A DNA stretch of 64,000 nt from a virus. Made by a program: the position numbers and the translations under genes. Within the stretch, counting starts at the first letter, position 1; every line of letters starts with the position of its first letter. The DNA is taken from the IMG/VR virus record IMGVR_UViG_3300045988_182866; one strand, written 5' to 3'. The notes below the pieces were generated by a model. The model made no database searches. It had not been told where the DNA came from and saw only the letters and a list, made by a program, of their open reading frames with translations. Positions 63,636 through 64,000 of this stretch are shown piece by piece.

Positions 63636-64000
63636 ATGATAAAAAATCTTATTATAAAAGTTATAAAGGAAAATATTAAAAAAGGAAAATATTATACCTT
63701 TGATGATAAAGTAATTAGTCAAAATATTTGTATTGAAGATTATTTTGATAATTTTGGTCTTGAAATTAGAATTCATACTGATGAAGATTCTTTAGATAAT
63801 ACTATTCAAATTAAGCATAATGGTATCTTGATTAAAGAATTTAATATTGATAAAAGTAATTTAGATATTGCTTCTCTTCAAGAAGAATATCATCAGGAAA
63901 AACTTTCCGAAATTGAAAATGCTATTTTAGAAAAATATAATATCATTAAAACCAAACCTATTAAAATGGGTGTCGATAAAGATACCGGTCTTCCTTTTAC
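63636..64000 (+). CDS. Hypothetical protein, 5' part (runs off the window end)
   Basis: ATG at 63636, then MIKNLIIKVIKENIKKGKYYTFDDKV... The frame is open to the window edge. Confidence 0.4.
   Translation, partial: MIKNLIIKVIKENIKKGKYYTFDDKVISQNICIEDYFDNFGLEIRIHTDEDSLDNTIQIKHNGILIKEFNIDKSNLDIASLQEEYHQEKLSEIENAILEKYNIIKTKPIKMGVDKDTGLPF

Noticed and set aside
565-63776. Numerous short antisense or out-of-frame ORFs from the track: 565-888+, 1913-2224+, 2849-3115+, 3676-3873+, 5005-5346+, 5640-5828+, 5883-6176+, 7396-7578-, 8447-8704+, 8854-9048-, 9041-9256-, 12925-13194-, 13022-13351+, 13856-14179+, 14880-15083+, 16706-16888-, 16976-17194-, 20477-20674-, 21161-21358-, 22870-23175-, 25364-25552+, 27754-27960-, 31326-31532-, 31812-32009-, 31942-32151+, 32824-33027-, 36767-37099-, 40951-41139-, 41296-41523-, 41621-41821-, 44265-44525-, 45601-45825-, 52193-52456-, 56024-56281-, 60729-61010-, 61723-61920-, 63582-63776-.
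   Set aside because: Each is nested within or antisense to a longer ORF with recognisable domains or better coding character. Their translations are I/F/L/K-rich and low-complexity, as expected from AT-rich antisense frames.
1-64000. Searched by eye for tRNA-like sequences (GGTTCGAATCC / TAGCTCAG-type boxes), rRNA fragments and CRISPR arrays (regularly spaced direct repeats).
   Set aside because: None found. The only regular short repeats are the iteron-like units at 7862-7958, which lack spacer-repeat architecture.

Overview
This window is a ~64-kb segment of a low-GC (roughly 30% by eye), densely packed, terminator-rich genome of a T4-like tailed phage (myovirus, Straboviridae-type). The assignment rests on recognisable T4 core genes: gp46/gp47 (SbcCD-like) recombination nuclease, gp55 late sigma factor, UvsW-like helicase, UvsY-like mediator, portal (gp20-like), prohead protease (gp21-like), scaffold (gp22-like), major capsid protein (gp23-like), anaerobic RNR NrdD/NrdG, a gp5/gpV-like baseplate spike with a cell-wall amidase domain, and tail fibres. 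The core is heavily invaded by accessory and mobile DNA:
- A multicopy family (five loci) of putative homing-endonuclease-like genes built from tandem C..HG..H..G.GC..C zinc-ribbon repeats, with or without a DUF559/Vsr-like nuclease domain.
- One copy of that family split by an IS200/IS605-family TnpB element with a subterminal hairpin.
- A DOD-type intein inside nrdD, and nrdD additionally split so that its glycyl-radical tail is a separate 55-aa ORF.
- A GIY-YIG endonuclease gene and a TnsA-like endonuclease gene.
- A ~17-kb insertion between the portal and prohead-protease genes, which in T4 are nearly adjacent.
The most notable accessory content is a translationally coupled cassette: a fused CysN-like GTPase + CysD ATP sulfurylase, a CysC APS kinase, a protein with sulfotransferase 5'-PSB/3'-PB motifs, and a GT-A glycosyltransferase. 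Together these look like a complete PAPS-synthesis and sulfotransfer pathway, sitting immediately upstream of a large tail-fibre gene.
Other notable items:
- A minus-strand operon of three leucine-rich-repeat proteins ending in a VapD (Cas2-like) endoribonuclease.
- A complete C5-cytosine DNA methyltransferase with PCQ replaced by SCQ, preceded by a very acidic small protein.
- A ClpP-like protease.
- An Ail/Lom-like outer-membrane beta-barrel.
- A 760-bp intergenic region between the uvsW- and uvsY-like genes carrying GC-rich palindromes and iteron-like repeats, a candidate origin.
- A ~260-bp high-GC island inside a tail-fibre gene.
- A strongly GC3-enriched major capsid gene.
No tRNA, rRNA or CRISPR array was recognised. 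Shine-Dalgarno sequences are mostly absent. All functional calls are from motif recognition by eye, not database searches.
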